From Candidatus Aenigmatarchaeota archaeon (GTDB taxonomy: Archaea > Aenigmatarchaeota > Aenigmatarchaeia > CG10238-14), in NCBI GenBank assembly GCA_018920365.1, contig JAHLMM010000001.1:70449-133627 (forward strand): DNA of 63,179 bases. Reading direction: 5' to 3'. Shown here in pieces: positions 8,758 through 19,074 of the stretch. Each line of letters begins with the position of its first letter. Within the stretch, counting starts at the first letter, position 1. The notes below the pieces were generated by a model. That model did not search any database. It saw nothing but the letters and a program-made list of their open reading frames with translations, and was not told the DNA's origin. The position numbers were made by a program, and so were the translations under genes.

Positions 8758-9966
8758 ATGGTAGATATATTGAACATTCTTACAGGGCAATCAGATGGAG
8801 GAATAATAGGTCAAATAATAAGTTTTATCATATTCATCTTATTCTTATCTTTCTATACGAGAATAATGGTTCAGCAGACAATGATGAAGTTAGAACAAAG
8901 TGCAAGCGAGCTTGAAAAATTGGCTACAAAAGCTGAAAATGAAGTTACAAAAAAAATAAGCAAAAATCCTGATAAAAAAACAAGGAAAAACATAAAAAGA
9001 TTTTTAGAATTTTACGCAATTCCACCTGTTAATCTTGATCCGTATGGGATTGTGAAAAAATATGATCATATACAAAATCTTGAAAAGCAAAGATTCAACT
9101 ATTTTGTTTCTCAAGTTGCTCCTGATGCAAATTCTGAAGAAAGGGCAAATATTGTTATGGGTTTATCTGGAGCCATACAATTGTATGAAATAAAAAAGGT
9201 TGTAAGACATTTTATTGAGTTGATTAAAAAGACAAAAAGTGTTAATCTTGCATTTATTATACAAATGCAGCTTCCGTTTATAGAAAGAATTGCTAAAGCA
9301 TTGCTTAAAGGTACTGAAGCTTTGACAAATGGATGGCCAATTGGTGATGGAGTTGGTCCATATGTTGCTGCCTCTATAATAGGCAAGGACAAAGTGGAAA
9401 TCGCAGATGAAGAAACTGTTGTATGCAGAAAGAATTATAGAAAGAAAGATGTTATTATCATCAAAGCAAAAGGTCCTGGAGGAAGAACCGGCAATCCTGG
9501 CAAAGTATTAGAGCAAATAGCAAAGAAAGAAAAAATAGCAAAAATAATTACAGTAGATGCTGCTGCAAAACTTGAAGGTGAAAGAACAGGTGATACAGCA
9601 GAAGGTATTGGTGTTGCTATGGGTGGATTAGGCGTTGAAAGATATGAAATAGAAGAAGTTGCTGTAAAAAACAAAATACCGCTTGACTCTGTTATAATAA
9701 AAATGGGCCAGGAAGAGGCTATAATGCCTATGCCAAAAGATGTCATTGATGCTGTACCTGAAGCTATAGAACTTGTGAATGAAGCTATAGATAGAACTCA
9801 TGAAAAGGGAAAGATAATAATAATAGGAGTCGGCAACACTTGCGGAATTGGCAATGATGCAAAATCTTTGGAAAAATCAGATGAAATAATTAAGGAAAAT
9901 ATTAGGAAGATTGAAAGAGAAGAAAAAGAGAAGAAAAAGAAATTCAAAATACCTCTTTTTGAGTGA
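8758..9966 (+). CDS. DUF1512 family protein
   Basis: P..LDPYGIV, PIGDGVGP, TVDAAAKLEGE.TG and GVGNT motifs. Confidence 0.85.
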   Translation: MVDILNILTGQSDGGIIGQIISFIIFILFLSFYTRIMVQQTMMKLEQSASELEKLATKAENEVTKKISKNPDKKTRKNIKRFLEFYAIPPVNLDPYGIVKKYDHIQNLEKQRFNYFVSQVAPDANSEERANIVMGLSGAIQLYEIKKVVRHFIELIKKTKSVNLAFIIQMQLPFIERIAKALLKGTEALTNGWPIGDGVGPYVAASIIGKDKVEIADEETVVCRKNYRKKDVIIIKAKGPGGRTGNPGKVLEQIAKKEKIAKIITVDAAAKLEGERTGDTAEGIGVAMGGLGVERYEIEEVAVKNKIPLDSVIIKMGQEEAIMPMPKDVIDAVPEAIELVNEAIDRTHEKGKIIIIGVGNTCGIGNDAKSLEKSDEIIKENIRKIEREEKEKKKKFKIPLFE

Positions 9967-9997
9967 AAAATAAATAATTTGGTTTATTATTATAATT

Positions 9998-10681
9998 GTG
10001 TTGAAAAAAGGTATATTCATAAATTTTGAAGGAATTGATTCTTCTGGTAAAAAAACACAAGCCAACATGCTTTGTCATGCTTTAAGAAAAATGGGTTATG
10101 ATGTAGTTGAATTAAATTTTCCTGCTTATGAAAGTACTTTTGGTAAAATAGTAGGAGCATATTTAAGAGGTGAGTTTGGTAAAAATGAAAACATACCAGA
10201 AATACCGTCTTTACTTTTCGCAATAGATCGTTATCAGTTCAAACATGAAATAGCAGATGCTTTGAAAAATGGAAAGATAATAGTTTGCAACAGATATACA
10301 CAATCTGCAATGGCATTTGAAGGTAGTATGAATCAAGATAAAAAAGAAATAATAGAATGGATAAGTAAAGTTGAATCTAGATTACCTCAACCTGATCTGA
10401 TATTTTTGCTCGATATGCCTGTTGAAGCAACAATTGAATTAATTAAAAAAAGAGAAAAGAAAGAATATCTTAAGGATAAAAATAAAGATATACTTGAAGA
10501 AGATATTGAATTTCAGAAAAAGGTAAGAAAAACATATCTTGAGTTAGCAAAAGACAAAAAATGGAAGGTAATAAATTGTGCTGTTAGAAATGAAAGATGG
10601 ATAGTAAAAAGTATTCAAGATATACATGATGAAATTTTGAATGAAACAATTCGTTTTTTAAACTCAAACAACAAAGATTAA
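9998..10681 (+). CDS. tmk: Thymidylate kinase
   Basis: FEGIDSSGKKTQ P-loop, DRY, CNRY..S, PDL.F.LD. Confidence 0.93.
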   Translation: MLKKGIFINFEGIDSSGKKTQANMLCHALRKMGYDVVELNFPAYESTFGKIVGAYLRGEFGKNENIPEIPSLLFAIDRYQFKHEIADALKNGKIIVCNRYTQSAMAFEGSMNQDKKEIIEWISKVESRLPQPDLIFLLDMPVEATIELIKKREKKEYLKDKNKDILEEDIEFQKKVRKTYLELAKDKKWKVINCAVRNERWIVKSIQDIHDEILNETIRFLNSNNKD

Positions 10682-10685
10682 TTTA

Positions 10686-11102
10686 ATGTTTCAAACATTG
10701 ATAGGTTTATTGCTTCTATTTTTGTCAATATTTTTTGTATTCAAAATAATTGGAAATGTCGTAAAAACTGTTTTTATTGCTGTGTTGCTGTTGATATCAT
10801 ACTATTTAATTTTTGGATATATTCCATATACCGATAAAATAGATTTGAAAAGTATTTTTGGATTATCAATTCAAGATGTTGAAAGGGATAAAGAAAATAA
10901 CTTGCTTGTATATGTTAAAAATAATTGGCTTTTTGCTGCTAAAAATCTAAATGTGCTTGTTGATGAGAATAATGCATCTATACTAAACAATATAACACAA
11001 ATAAATGGAAGGGACAAGTCAATTTTGCAAGTACAATGGGATAAAGAATTTGGGCAAATAGTCATACAGTCAAACATTGGTCAAGCAAAATATAAAAAAT
11101 AG
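10686..11102 (+). CDS. Membrane protein of unknown function
   Basis: Two N-terminal TM helices and a beta-rich C-terminus. Confidence 0.7.
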   Translation: MFQTLIGLLLLFLSIFFVFKIIGNVVKTVFIAVLLLISYYLIFGYIPYTDKIDLKSIFGLSIQDVERDKENNLLVYVKNNWLFAAKNLNVLVDENNASILNNITQINGRDKSILQVQWDKEFGQIVIQSNIGQAKYKK

Positions 11103-11145
11103 TTTAGAAATCATTTTTAATGAAAAAATCAAATTTATTTTTTTA

Positions 11146-11334
11146 ATGAAAATAGAATGTAAATCTAATGAAGTAAGAATATATAGAGTGCAAGGAATTT
11201 TTGGCAATTACACAAACATTTCAGCGCCATCAGAAGAAGGTAGAAGAGATTATTTGGTTGCAGAATGTGAATGTTTAGAATTAACAGATGGAAGATACAC
11301 AATTAGAAATGGTCAAATGGAAAAATTGGCATAG
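11146..11334 (+). CDS. Small hypothetical protein (62 aa)
   Basis: ATG at 11146 after an AT-rich spacer; fills the intergenic gap. Confidence 0.55.
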   Translation: MKIECKSNEVRIYRVQGIFGNYTNISAPSEEGRRDYLVAECECLELTDGRYTIRNGQMEKLA

Positions 11335-11345
11335 ATTTTTTATTT

Positions 11346-12062
11346 TTATATATATTTTTCCAATCCAAACTTGAGATCTCTTTCTGTATCTATTACAACA
11401 ATCTTTCCATTTAATGATAAACCGACATTGAAGATTGGTACACCATCTATTCTCGTCATTTTCTTTCCTTTGTGTGCATGACCGCAAACAACAAGATTTG
11501 GTTTCACTTCTAAAATAACATTTTCCATTAATTGACTGCCAAGTTCTGGGTAAGCGTTGATGTTTTCTCCTTCCAAAATTTTGTAAGTCGGGGCATAATG
11601 GGTTAAAAGAATTTTAAACTCTGCTTGTGTTGAAAATAATTTTTCTCTTATAATTCTAACTCTATTTCTATATTCCTCTTCAACCCCTGGTATATTTTTG
11701 TATTGCCAATAAGTTGGTCTGTCTAAACTACCTTTGCTTCCAACTATACATACTTTGGAATTTTTAACATCTAAAACAATAGATTCATCGTCTAGAAAAG
11801 TTATTTCATTCGAATATCTTTGAATTATTTTTTCTGTTTGTTCTCTGCCAAATTCTGAATTACCAAAACATGCTACCTTAGGGCAGTTAATTCTACCAAA
11901 TAACGCATTGATAATTTTTTGATATTCTTCTACATTTCCTTGATCAACAATATCTCCTGCTAACAAAAATAAATCTATTTTATCTGTCAAATTATCTAGC
12001 GATCTTACAAACAGCTCGTAATTTCTTGGAGAATGAATATCTGATGTTGCTGCTATTATCAT
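11346..12062 (-). CDS. Calcineurin-like metallophosphoesterase
   Basis: SDIH, AGDIVD, GNSE, THY and GHAH motifs. Confidence 0.9.
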   Translation of the reverse strand: MIIAATSDIHSPRNYELFVRSLDNLTDKIDLFLLAGDIVDQGNVEEYQKIINALFGRINCPKVACFGNSEFGREQTEKIIQRYSNEITFLDDESIVLDVKNSKVCIVGSKGSLDRPTYWQYKNIPGVEEEYRNRVRIIREKLFSTQAEFKILLTHYAPTYKILEGENINAYPELGSQLMENVILEVKPNLVVCGHAHKGKKMTRIDGVPIFNVGLSLNGKIVVIDTERDLKFGLEKYI

Positions 12063-12093
12063 TAATTATAATTTAAATGAAAATCTAAAAAAG

Positions 12094-12948
12094 CTATCTG
12101 CTTGTCATAAAAAGCGAAACAGCTATGCCTGTAATTAAAGCGACCATGCTTTGACTTGAAAAATAGCCTAAAGATACTAGCTCTGATAAAGATTGACCGT
12201 TCCAAAAATAACCTAAAAATACAGATAATATATATCCAAATATCAAAGCTATACCAAAGTGTATCAGACCTATACGAAAGTTTTTGTATATTTTACTTAT
12301 AAAAAATACAGAAGCTGCTATAAACATTAAGAAAAATGTTAAGCCTATCTGGAAATTTGGCGCGGTTTTTGTTGGAGAAGAAAATATGCCAAATTCTGCT
12401 ATAATCAAATATATCAAAATAGCTAGAATGCTTTTTTCCTTGAATAAAATTTCTGTTTTTATTGTTTCAAAAGTATTTCCCTGTTTTTCTGGTATTATTG
12501 TTTCTTTCAATGATTCTTTTTCCAAATCTTCCTTTGTTGGCAATATTTTTCCTTCTTTTATTTCATTCTTTTTGAAACTTTGGAATAACCAATAGAACGA
12601 CAAGCTCGTTCCGGCTATACCAAGTATGATTCCAAAAACTCCAAAAATTATGTTTTCTGCTGTTAAGCCCATAACAGAAACTCTGACAAGAAATGTTTTG
12701 AAAAAATATAGAAATGCTATGCCTGTTATAAAAAATAAAATTGTTCTTTTTATTATTGAAAGTATTGCTTCTGTCATTTTATTCATCAAAAAAACTCCGA
12801 TGAAAAAAAGTATAAAAGATAATGCTATTGCCGCAACATCACCTTGAGCTGCTCTGCTTGGTAATGAATACATGTATATTTTAAGGAAATCAACAGTAGT
12901 TGTATTTGTATAGTTTGCCGGAATGTCTGCAAATATGAAATCAAACAT
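12094..12948 (-). CDS. Polytopic membrane protein of unknown function
   Basis: About 7 hydrophobic helices. Confidence 0.75.
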   Translation of the reverse strand: MFDFIFADIPANYTNTTTVDFLKIYMYSLPSRAAQGDVAAIALSFILFFIGVFLMNKMTEAILSIIKRTILFFITGIAFLYFFKTFLVRVSVMGLTAENIIFGVFGIILGIAGTSLSFYWLFQSFKKNEIKEGKILPTKEDLEKESLKETIIPEKQGNTFETIKTEILFKEKSILAILIYLIIAEFGIFSSPTKTAPNFQIGLTFFLMFIAASVFFISKIYKNFRIGLIHFGIALIFGYILSVFLGYFWNGQSLSELVSLGYFSSQSMVALITGIAVSLFMTSR

Positions 12949-12977
12949 TGTATTAAAATTGAATTAATTAAAATAAA

Positions 12978-14618
12978 TTATTTGTATTTTTGTTTTATTT
13001 CCTCTATTCTTTTATCGATTCTTTTTTCAGATTCTAGTCTCTCAAGCGAATATTGGTTCATATCAACAAATTTTGTTGCATATTCTGCAAGATCAGGATG
13101 TTTTTGTCTAACTAATCTTGCCATCTCCTGAGCTATTTTTCTATAATACTCATGACCTTGTGGTGTACTTCTAAGCTCTGTCAAATGGCAAATTTCTCTT
13201 AAGTTGAGCTTAAAATACCATCTTACTCTAAAGCCAAGAGGAACAACATATTGGGCTTGCACTGACATCTTTTCTCTGATTTTATTAAATGTAGTGATGG
13301 CTGTGCTCATGGCTTTTTTATATTTTTTGTCTAATCTACACTCAACAATTTCTTTTGGCAATTCATATCCATAATCTGTTGTTATAAGCTGTCTCTGTTG
13401 TGTAAGCATTCTATGTCTTTGCAAATCTTTGTATGCACCCAAAGGATAGAGTATATCAAATGTATAAAAAGTATTTTCAAATGCTCTGCCCATTCTGTGT
13501 TGTCTAACCTTTCTTCTCGATCCGTATTCAAACAATATTTTTTTTCTCTCATTTCTATCCATTCTTTTTACTTTTTTCCTCAATTCTGTCATGCTCATAT
13601 TTGTATGCGGATACAAAATTGCAGATATTACTTTAACTTCAGCGTCTCTATCATAATCTATAAGTTTTACATAATTTTTTTTGCTAAATCTTGTCGATTT
13701 ATAATTTTTTGCTAAATCTTGTACTGCCTGTTCTGTCTGTTTCATAAATTCTTGGTTGCCTTTGCCTAACTCATTTTTAGGTCTTTTAACAAAAGATGGT
13801 ATAACTTTGTCAAGTTCTTCTTGCATTGATTCTGCAAGTTGCCTTACTTCTGCTAAAGGAGAAATATACATTTTATTAAGCAAATATTCAAATGATCTTC
13901 CATTGCCAAATAATCCAACATTTGTCAATGTTGCAGATGGTAAAAGTTGTCTTAAAATATCACACACCTTTGCCCTTGTAGCTGATTGATATGCTCTATC
14001 AGAAACATCATCTGTTTTGGGGAATTTCTTTTCAATAAATTCTGTCAATGGAGGTATCAACTCTGAATATGTGTCAAACAAAAAATCCATCGTTTCTTCA
14101 TACAAATTATCAAAACCAGACGACATTATGTCAGGATCTCTGTAATATTTGTATTTACCATTTTCTTTTTGATCGAACCAAACATATCTAGTTGATTTTT
14201 CTAATGGTGAAATGCCTATTCTGTTGTCTTCCAATGCCTTTGCTGCCAAAAGTTGTGAAACATCTTCACACGCTATATGTACACCTGCTAGCTCTGCAAC
14301 AGAATCATCACCATATCCAACTAAAACTCTGTCATAAAACTCTTCAGCTTTTTTTGTCGCAATAAATTTTTCAAAATGTGTTTTTTCATCCATTGAAACT
14401 ATTTCATCAAAATGCATGTCAGGATTTTGTATAAATTCTTCAAGCAGCAACCTTCTCAAACTCTTTGGTGATCTGCTATATCTAGAGAACAAAGTACCTT
14501 TGACAACATCTGGCATGTTTACTAAAACAAAAACAGGTTTATCGAGATTTGTGAAAAATGGTTTTAAAATTGCTTTCTCTTTTTCAGTAAATGAATCCAT
14601 AACATCACATCTTTTCAT
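12978..14618 (-). CDS. thyX: FAD-dependent thymidylate synthase ThyX, two-domain form (likely start at MDSF)
   Basis: [28 protein letters not shown] and ELRS.PQGH..YR. Confidence 0.9.
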   Translation of the reverse strand: MKRCDVMDSFTEKEKAILKPFFTNLDKPVFVLVNMPDVVKGTLFSRYSRSPKSLRRLLLEEFIQNPDMHFDEIVSMDEKTHFEKFIATKKAEEFYDRVLVGYGDDSVAELAGVHIACEDVSQLLAAKALEDNRIGISPLEKSTRYVWFDQKENGKYKYYRDPDIMSSGFDNLYEETMDFLFDTYSELIPPLTEFIEKKFPKTDDVSDRAYQSATRAKVCDILRQLLPSATLTNVGLFGNGRSFEYLLNKMYISPLAEVRQLAESMQEELDKVIPSFVKRPKNELGKGNQEFMKQTEQAVQDLAKNYKSTRFSKKNYVKLIDYDRDAEVKVISAILYPHTNMSMTELRKKVKRMDRNERKKILFEYGSRRKVRQHRMGRAFENTFYTFDILYPLGAYKDLQRHRMLTQQRQLITTDYGYELPKEIVECRLDKKYKKAMSTAITTFNKIREKMSVQAQYVVPLGFRVRWYFKLNLREICHLTELRSTPQGHEYYRKIAQEMARLVRQKHPDLAEYATKFVDMNQYSLERLESEKRIDKRIEEIKQKYK

Positions 14619-15927
14619 AAAGTGGGAACTTTTTGCATAAATCTAACACTTTTTGCCTTATTTCTTTTATCTTCTTATTTGATTTTATCTCTTCCCTGAA
14701 CTTTTTAATTGCGAAATCTCTTTCTTCTTTTGATGTAGGCATTTCATAATGTTTGATTTCATTTATTACTTCAGTTATCATATCAGCTATCTCTTTCATT
14801 TGTTCCTCTTTCATTCCCCTAGTTGTCAATGCTGGCGTACCACATCTTAAACCACTTGGATAAAATGGTGAAGGATCATTTGGTATTGTGTTTTTGTTAA
14901 CAGTTATACCAGCTAAATCTAAAGCCTCTTGAGCAAATAATCCTTTTCCAGGACCAAATGGAGTTAGATCAATCAAAACCATGTGATTGTCAGTTCCTCC
15001 TGTAACAAGCTTTAATCCATTTTCTTTAAGTTGCTCTGCCAAAGCTTTGCAGTTGTTAACAATTTGTTTTGCATACTCTTTGAAAGATGGCAGAGATGCT
15101 TCATGCAAAGCGACAGCTATGCCTGCTATAGCATTGTCATGTGGTCCTCCTTGCAATCCAGGAAATACAGCTTTGTCTATTTTTGCAGGCAATTCGGGAT
15201 CTTTTTCAACTCCTTTTTTAGTGACCATTATCATAGCTCCTCTTGGTCCTCTTAAAGTCTTATGTGTTGTAGTTGTTATTATATGGACAAATGGAACAGG
15301 ACTTTTATGTACTCCTCCTACAATTAAACCTGCTATATGAGCTATATCAGCAACAAGGTAAGCATCAACTTCATCTGCTATTTCAGCAAATTTTTCAAAT
15401 GGTATTTCTCTTGTATATGCCGTTGCGCCACACCATATAAGTTTTGGTTTGTGCTTCTTTGCTAACTGCCTCAATTCATCAAAATCTATATAGCCATCTT
15501 GATTTACATGATAAGGAACTGAATTGAAAAATATTGCAGAAGCACTTGTCTTCCATCCATGTGTTAAATGACCGCCGTCTGTTAAATTCATTCCCATTAT
15601 TGTATCGCCTGGTTTGCAGACAGCCATATAAACAGCAAAATTAGCAGGGCTGCCTGAATAAGGCTGTACATTTACATGCTCTACACCAAACAATTTTTTT
15701 GCTCTATCAATTGCAAGCTGTTCAATATTATCTATAAACTCATTGCCACCATAATATCTTTTTTTCGGATAACCCTCAGAATATTTATTTGTTAATACAG
15801 AACCCAAAGCTTCTAAAACAGCGGGACTGGTAAAATTTTCTGAAGGTATCATTTCTAGAACTGTCTGCTGCCTTTTCAGCTCATTCCTAATCTGCTGATA
15901 AATCTCTTTGTCTGTTTTAGAAAGCAT
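14605..15927 (-). CDS. glyA: Serine hydroxymethyltransferase
   Basis: [36 protein letters not shown]. Confidence 0.97.
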   Translation of the reverse strand: MLSKTDKEIYQQIRNELKRQQTVLEMIPSENFTSPAVLEALGSVLTNKYSEGYPKKRYYGGNEFIDNIEQLAIDRAKKLFGVEHVNVQPYSGSPANFAVYMAVCKPGDTIMGMNLTDGGHLTHGWKTSASAIFFNSVPYHVNQDGYIDFDELRQLAKKHKPKLIWCGATAYTREIPFEKFAEIADEVDAYLVADIAHIAGLIVGGVHKSPVPFVHIITTTTHKTLRGPRGAMIMVTKKGVEKDPELPAKIDKAVFPGLQGGPHDNAIAGIAVALHEASLPSFKEYAKQIVNNCKALAEQLKENGLKLVTGGTDNHMVLIDLTPFGPGKGLFAQEALDLAGITVNKNTIPNDPSPFYPSGLRCGTPALTTRGMKEEQMKEIADMITEVINEIKHYEMPTSKEERDFAIKKFREEIKSNKKIKEIRQKVLDLCKKFPLYEKM

Positions 15928-15990
15928 AAATTTTATTTAATTTGAGTTATTTAAAAAAATTTTAATACTGAATAACAACAAAGTTTTTTA

Positions 15991-16224
15991 ATGGATATAT
16001 GCGTTCATTGCGGTAAATTTGCAACAATGTATAATTCTTCTGAACAGCCAGTTTGTAAAAATTGTTTTGAGAAAAAACCAAAACATTACAGCTGTAAAAA
16101 ATGTGGGGCAATGATGGTTGTAAAAAAGGGAAAGTATGGCTCCTTTTGGGGTTGTATAGGTTATCCTTTATGTGATAACACTGTTTCTTTGAAAGAAGCC
16201 TTTTTGAAAACAATCAAAAAATAA
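15991..16224 (+). CDS. Small double zinc-finger protein with topoisomerase C4 Zn-ribbon
   Basis: CVHCG..CKNC, then CKKCG.M...GKYG.FWGC.GYP.C. Confidence 0.8.
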   Translation: MDICVHCGKFATMYNSSEQPVCKNCFEKKPKHYSCKKCGAMMVVKKGKYGSFWGCIGYPLCDNTVSLKEAFLKTIKK

Positions 16225-16231
16225 TGCTTTA

Positions 16232-16304
16232 TGGACCAGGTGGGATTTGAACCCACAGCCTCTGCCTTGCGACGACAGCGATCTAGCCATTGATCTACTG
16301 GCCC
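16232..16304 (-). tRNA. tRNA-Ala(CGC)
   Basis: Cloverleaf GGGCCAG...CTGGTCCA with G3:U70; anticodon arm CTGTC-GTCGCAA-GGCAG. Confidence 0.93.
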
Positions 16305-16350
16305 ATAATATAAATTATTAAAAATTTGTATTGAATTTAAATAATTGCAA

Positions 16351-16425
16351 GGGCCACTAGCTTAGCCTGGTTGGAGCGCCTGACTGATAATCAGGAGGTC
16401 GCCAGTTCAAATCTGGCGTGGCCCA
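16351..16425 (+). tRNA. tRNA-Ile(GAT)
   Basis: GGGCCAC/GTGGCCC acceptor; CCTGA-CTGATAA-TCAGG anticodon arm. Confidence 0.95.
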
Positions 16426-16469
16426 TCTGGTTTTAAATCGTTTTAATTTAATTATAAACAGGTGAAATT

Positions 16470-16700
16470 ATGGTGGAATATAAAACTTTAAAGTCTGAAC
16501 ATATGGGCTTTGGTAAAAACAACTTTATAGAAATCGCACGAAAAAAGGTGATAGCTGACAATGGTGAAAGTGAGTTTATATCACTATCAAGAGGGTTTAT
16601 AACCAATAATGGTGAAAAAAGATACAAGCAATCTGTAACAATACCTAGCTCTAAAGAAATGGTCGATTTTATAAAAAAGAAGCTGGATGAAATGGTTTAA
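16470..16700 (+). CDS. Small protein, possible PC4/Pur-like nucleic-acid-binding fold
   Basis: GGTGA RBS; four beta-strands plus helix pattern (FIEIARK, EFISLSRGF, K.SVTIP). Confidence 0.6.
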   Translation: MVEYKTLKSEHMGFGKNNFIEIARKKVIADNGESEFISLSRGFITNNGEKRYKQSVTIPSSKEMVDFIKKKLDEMV

Positions 16701-17167
16701 ATTTCTTCCCAAACATCCTCTTCTTCATCACTATCCTTTATAACATCTTGATCATATTTTGTCATTTTTTTGATTGATTTTTCTATTATTTTCTCCTTTA
16801 TATCAAATTTTGGCTTTTTTTCTGTTTCTTCTTCAACTTCTGGTTCTTCCTCTATTTGCTCTTCTTCCTCTTCCTCCTCATCATGTTTTACACTACTTGC
16901 CAGATTAAATTGAAGTGTTTCTATTTTTGATGACAAGCTTTGAATTTGCTCAGAAAGATTTTTTACGGCTGTTTCAAGCTTTTCCAGCCTACTTTCTTCG
17001 TTTAAGGGTTTTAAAATCCCCATTTCAAGAAAAATCCCTAAAACACCTATGTTTGTTTTTTCACCTGTTTCGATGTTTTCAGCTATATGTGTCTTTTTAT
17101 TGTTGTCAAAATAAACCTTAAAGTCGTCTGTGTTTAGCTTATATTTTGTGACTATATTCAAAGCCAT
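16697..17167 (-). CDS. Hypothetical protein with coiled coil and acidic tail
   Basis: 156-aa ORF. Confidence 0.7.
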   Translation of the reverse strand: MALNIVTKYKLNTDDFKVYFDNNKKTHIAENIETGEKTNIGVLGIFLEMGILKPLNEESRLEKLETAVKNLSEQIQSLSSKIETLQFNLASSVKHDEEEEEEEQIEEEPEVEEETEKKPKFDIKEKIIEKSIKKMTKYDQDVIKDSDEEEDVWEEI

Positions 17168-17237
17168 AGAATTGTTATAGTATTGAATAGATTTATTTTT
17201 ACATTAAGTTGATAAGCTTTGCTACCATCTTCTTTTT

Positions 17238-17441
17238 ATGAAGGCAGAACCTTATGAAATGAGAGTTTCAAACATTATTTATAAAGGAGTTAAATATACA
17301 ATTGAAGGACGAGAAAAAATTGATGATTTTATTTCTACCATTCCACCAAGCGGTTATCTGTTTAAAATTTACAACGAAATATCATCTAATGGGACAGTGA
17401 AAGCCGAAATAGTGATCATTTTTAGAAAAGCAGTTTTATAG
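17238..17441 (+). CDS. Small hypothetical protein
   Basis: 67-aa ORF filling the gap. Confidence 0.55.
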   Translation: MKAEPYEMRVSNIIYKGVKYTIEGREKIDDFISTIPPSGYLFKIYNEISSNGTVKAEIVIIFRKAVL

Positions 17442-17476
17442 ATAATGATTTTAATCATAAAAACAAATTAATTTTT

Positions 17477-17716
17477 ATGGGAATTTTCAATCTCAAGAAA
17501 GCTGCAAAAGAACCTTTACCTGAACCGATGCCGATAATACCAGAGCAGCCGAAGAATGAGCCTCAACCTGAAACAAATCAAGATTATGCTAAACTAAAAT
17601 TTGACTTGATGCTATCAGAAATTGAAAATGTAAAAACACAGATACAAATGGTAAATGAAAGGTTGAAGATGATAGAGAAAAAGCTTGATCAAAGAACCAC
17701 TATAAGATATGTATGA
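17477..17716 (+). CDS. Small Pro-rich/coiled-coil protein
   Basis: 79-aa ORF, ATGA-coupled to the next gene. Confidence 0.7.
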   Translation: MGIFNLKKAAKEPLPEPMPIIPEQPKNEPQPETNQDYAKLKFDLMLSEIENVKTQIQMVNERLKMIEKKLDQRTTIRYV

Positions 17717-18066
17717 AACAATATATTGCTGTTTTGCTGTTGCTAATAATTTCATTCATTATTTTTTATAGGCAAAAAGTCGAGATAATATACTTTTACA
17801 GCAAAGATTGTATAGTCTCTAATCAAACTGACTCTATAATTGAAGATATTGAAAGGAATTTTAACCGTAATGTAAATGTAATTTATGTTGATGGATTTAA
17901 TCCTGAAGGTGAAAGACAGAAAAAAATGGTTGATCTTTATAACATAAACAGCGTTCCTGTCATAATAATTGATGGTAGTGTATTCAAAGGAGAATTTACA
18001 TATGAATCGTTGAAATCCAGTATATGTGAAAGGTTTGTTTTTAAGCCATCTGCCTGCTTCAAATAA
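17713..18066 (+). CDS. Membrane-anchored thioredoxin-fold protein (CxxS)
   Basis: TM helix, YFYSKDCIVS, SVPVIIIDG. Confidence 0.7.
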   Translation: MKQYIAVLLLLIISFIIFYRQKVEIIYFYSKDCIVSNQTDSIIEDIERNFNRNVNVIYVDGFNPEGERQKKMVDLYNINSVPVIIIDGSVFKGEFTYESLKSSICERFVFKPSACFK

Positions 18067-18127
18067 CTTTTTAAATCTTTATTTTTAAATTTAAGTTTCG
18101 TATATATTGTTATCTTGGGGTGTTCAA

Positions 18128-18400
18128 ATGGAAGTAAAAGCTATCAAAGGAGATAAAGACTCTATTATGGTAGAGATTAAAGGAGATACAATCAGTTTTG
18201 CAAATCTTATAGCAGAAGAACTATGGGAAATAAAGGATGTAAAAGAGGCTGCTGCAATCAAAGAGCATCCATACTTATCAGAACCAAGAGTATATGTTAA
18301 AGCAAATGATCCTAAAAAGGCCTTGGTTACAGCTGCAAAAGAAGTACAGAACAAAGTAAAGGAAATAGAAAAAGAATTTCAAATGAGTAGCAAAAAATAA
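18128..18400 (+). CDS. rpoL: RNA polymerase subunit L (Rpo11)
   Basis: I.GD..SFANLI..EL, V.EAA..KEHPY; ATG at 18128 after GGGGTG. Confidence 0.85.
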   Translation: MEVKAIKGDKDSIMVEIKGDTISFANLIAEELWEIKDVKEAAAIKEHPYLSEPRVYVKANDPKKALVTAAKEVQNKVKEIEKEFQMSSKK

Positions 18401-18439
18401 TTATTTAGTATTAAACTACAAATAATATTTAGGATTTAC

Positions 18440-19069
18440 ATGTATGAGCCTTACGATGATAAAAAGGGTTCTTTCTTTAAAAGGTTAGCCAATAAAATAA
18501 AGGATAGATGGGAAGCCTTTAAGCAAGATTTGCATTTCAACGAAGGTTCAACCAAAAATATTTTGATTGTTGTCATACCACTTGTCTTGATTGCATTAAT
18601 AGGGATAAGTTATACAGGCTATGTAACATATACTGCTAGAATAACTGAAGCTCAATCAAAAGTAATGGTAATGGAAAAGCAATTAACTGGTTTGGAACAA
18701 GAGTTGATAAGTACAAAAAATGATTTATCAGCATGTAACAATAATCTTGACAAAACTAAAAACGATTTACAAGAAACAAAGAACAGTCTTGAAAAGTCGC
18801 TGAAAAATGTTGATAGTTGCATTGTAGAAAAACAAGAGCTAGAATCTGATATAAATGATTTGACCAAAAAATACAATGATTTGGATACAAAATTCAAAAC
18901 ACTTGAATCTAATTTCAAATCATTAGAATGCAATTGGGCTAAAAGTAAGGGTTGCCTATATTATGTTCTGAAAAGCAACAATATAGATTGTGTTGTTAAA
19001 ATAGCAGATAAGTATTATACAATACCTGTAGGCATAGAAGTTAAAGAAAGTGAAGTTAGAATATGTTAA
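18440..19069 (+). CDS. Single-TM coiled-coil protein
   Basis: TM helix, long heptad region, Cys-containing C-terminus. Confidence 0.75.
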   Translation: MYEPYDDKKGSFFKRLANKIKDRWEAFKQDLHFNEGSTKNILIVVIPLVLIALIGISYTGYVTYTARITEAQSKVMVMEKQLTGLEQELISTKNDLSACNNNLDKTKNDLQETKNSLEKSLKNVDSCIVEKQELESDINDLTKKYNDLDTKFKTLESNFKSLECNWAKSKGCLYYVLKSNNIDCVVKIADKYYTIPVGIEVKESEVRIC

Positions 19070-19074
19070 ATTAA

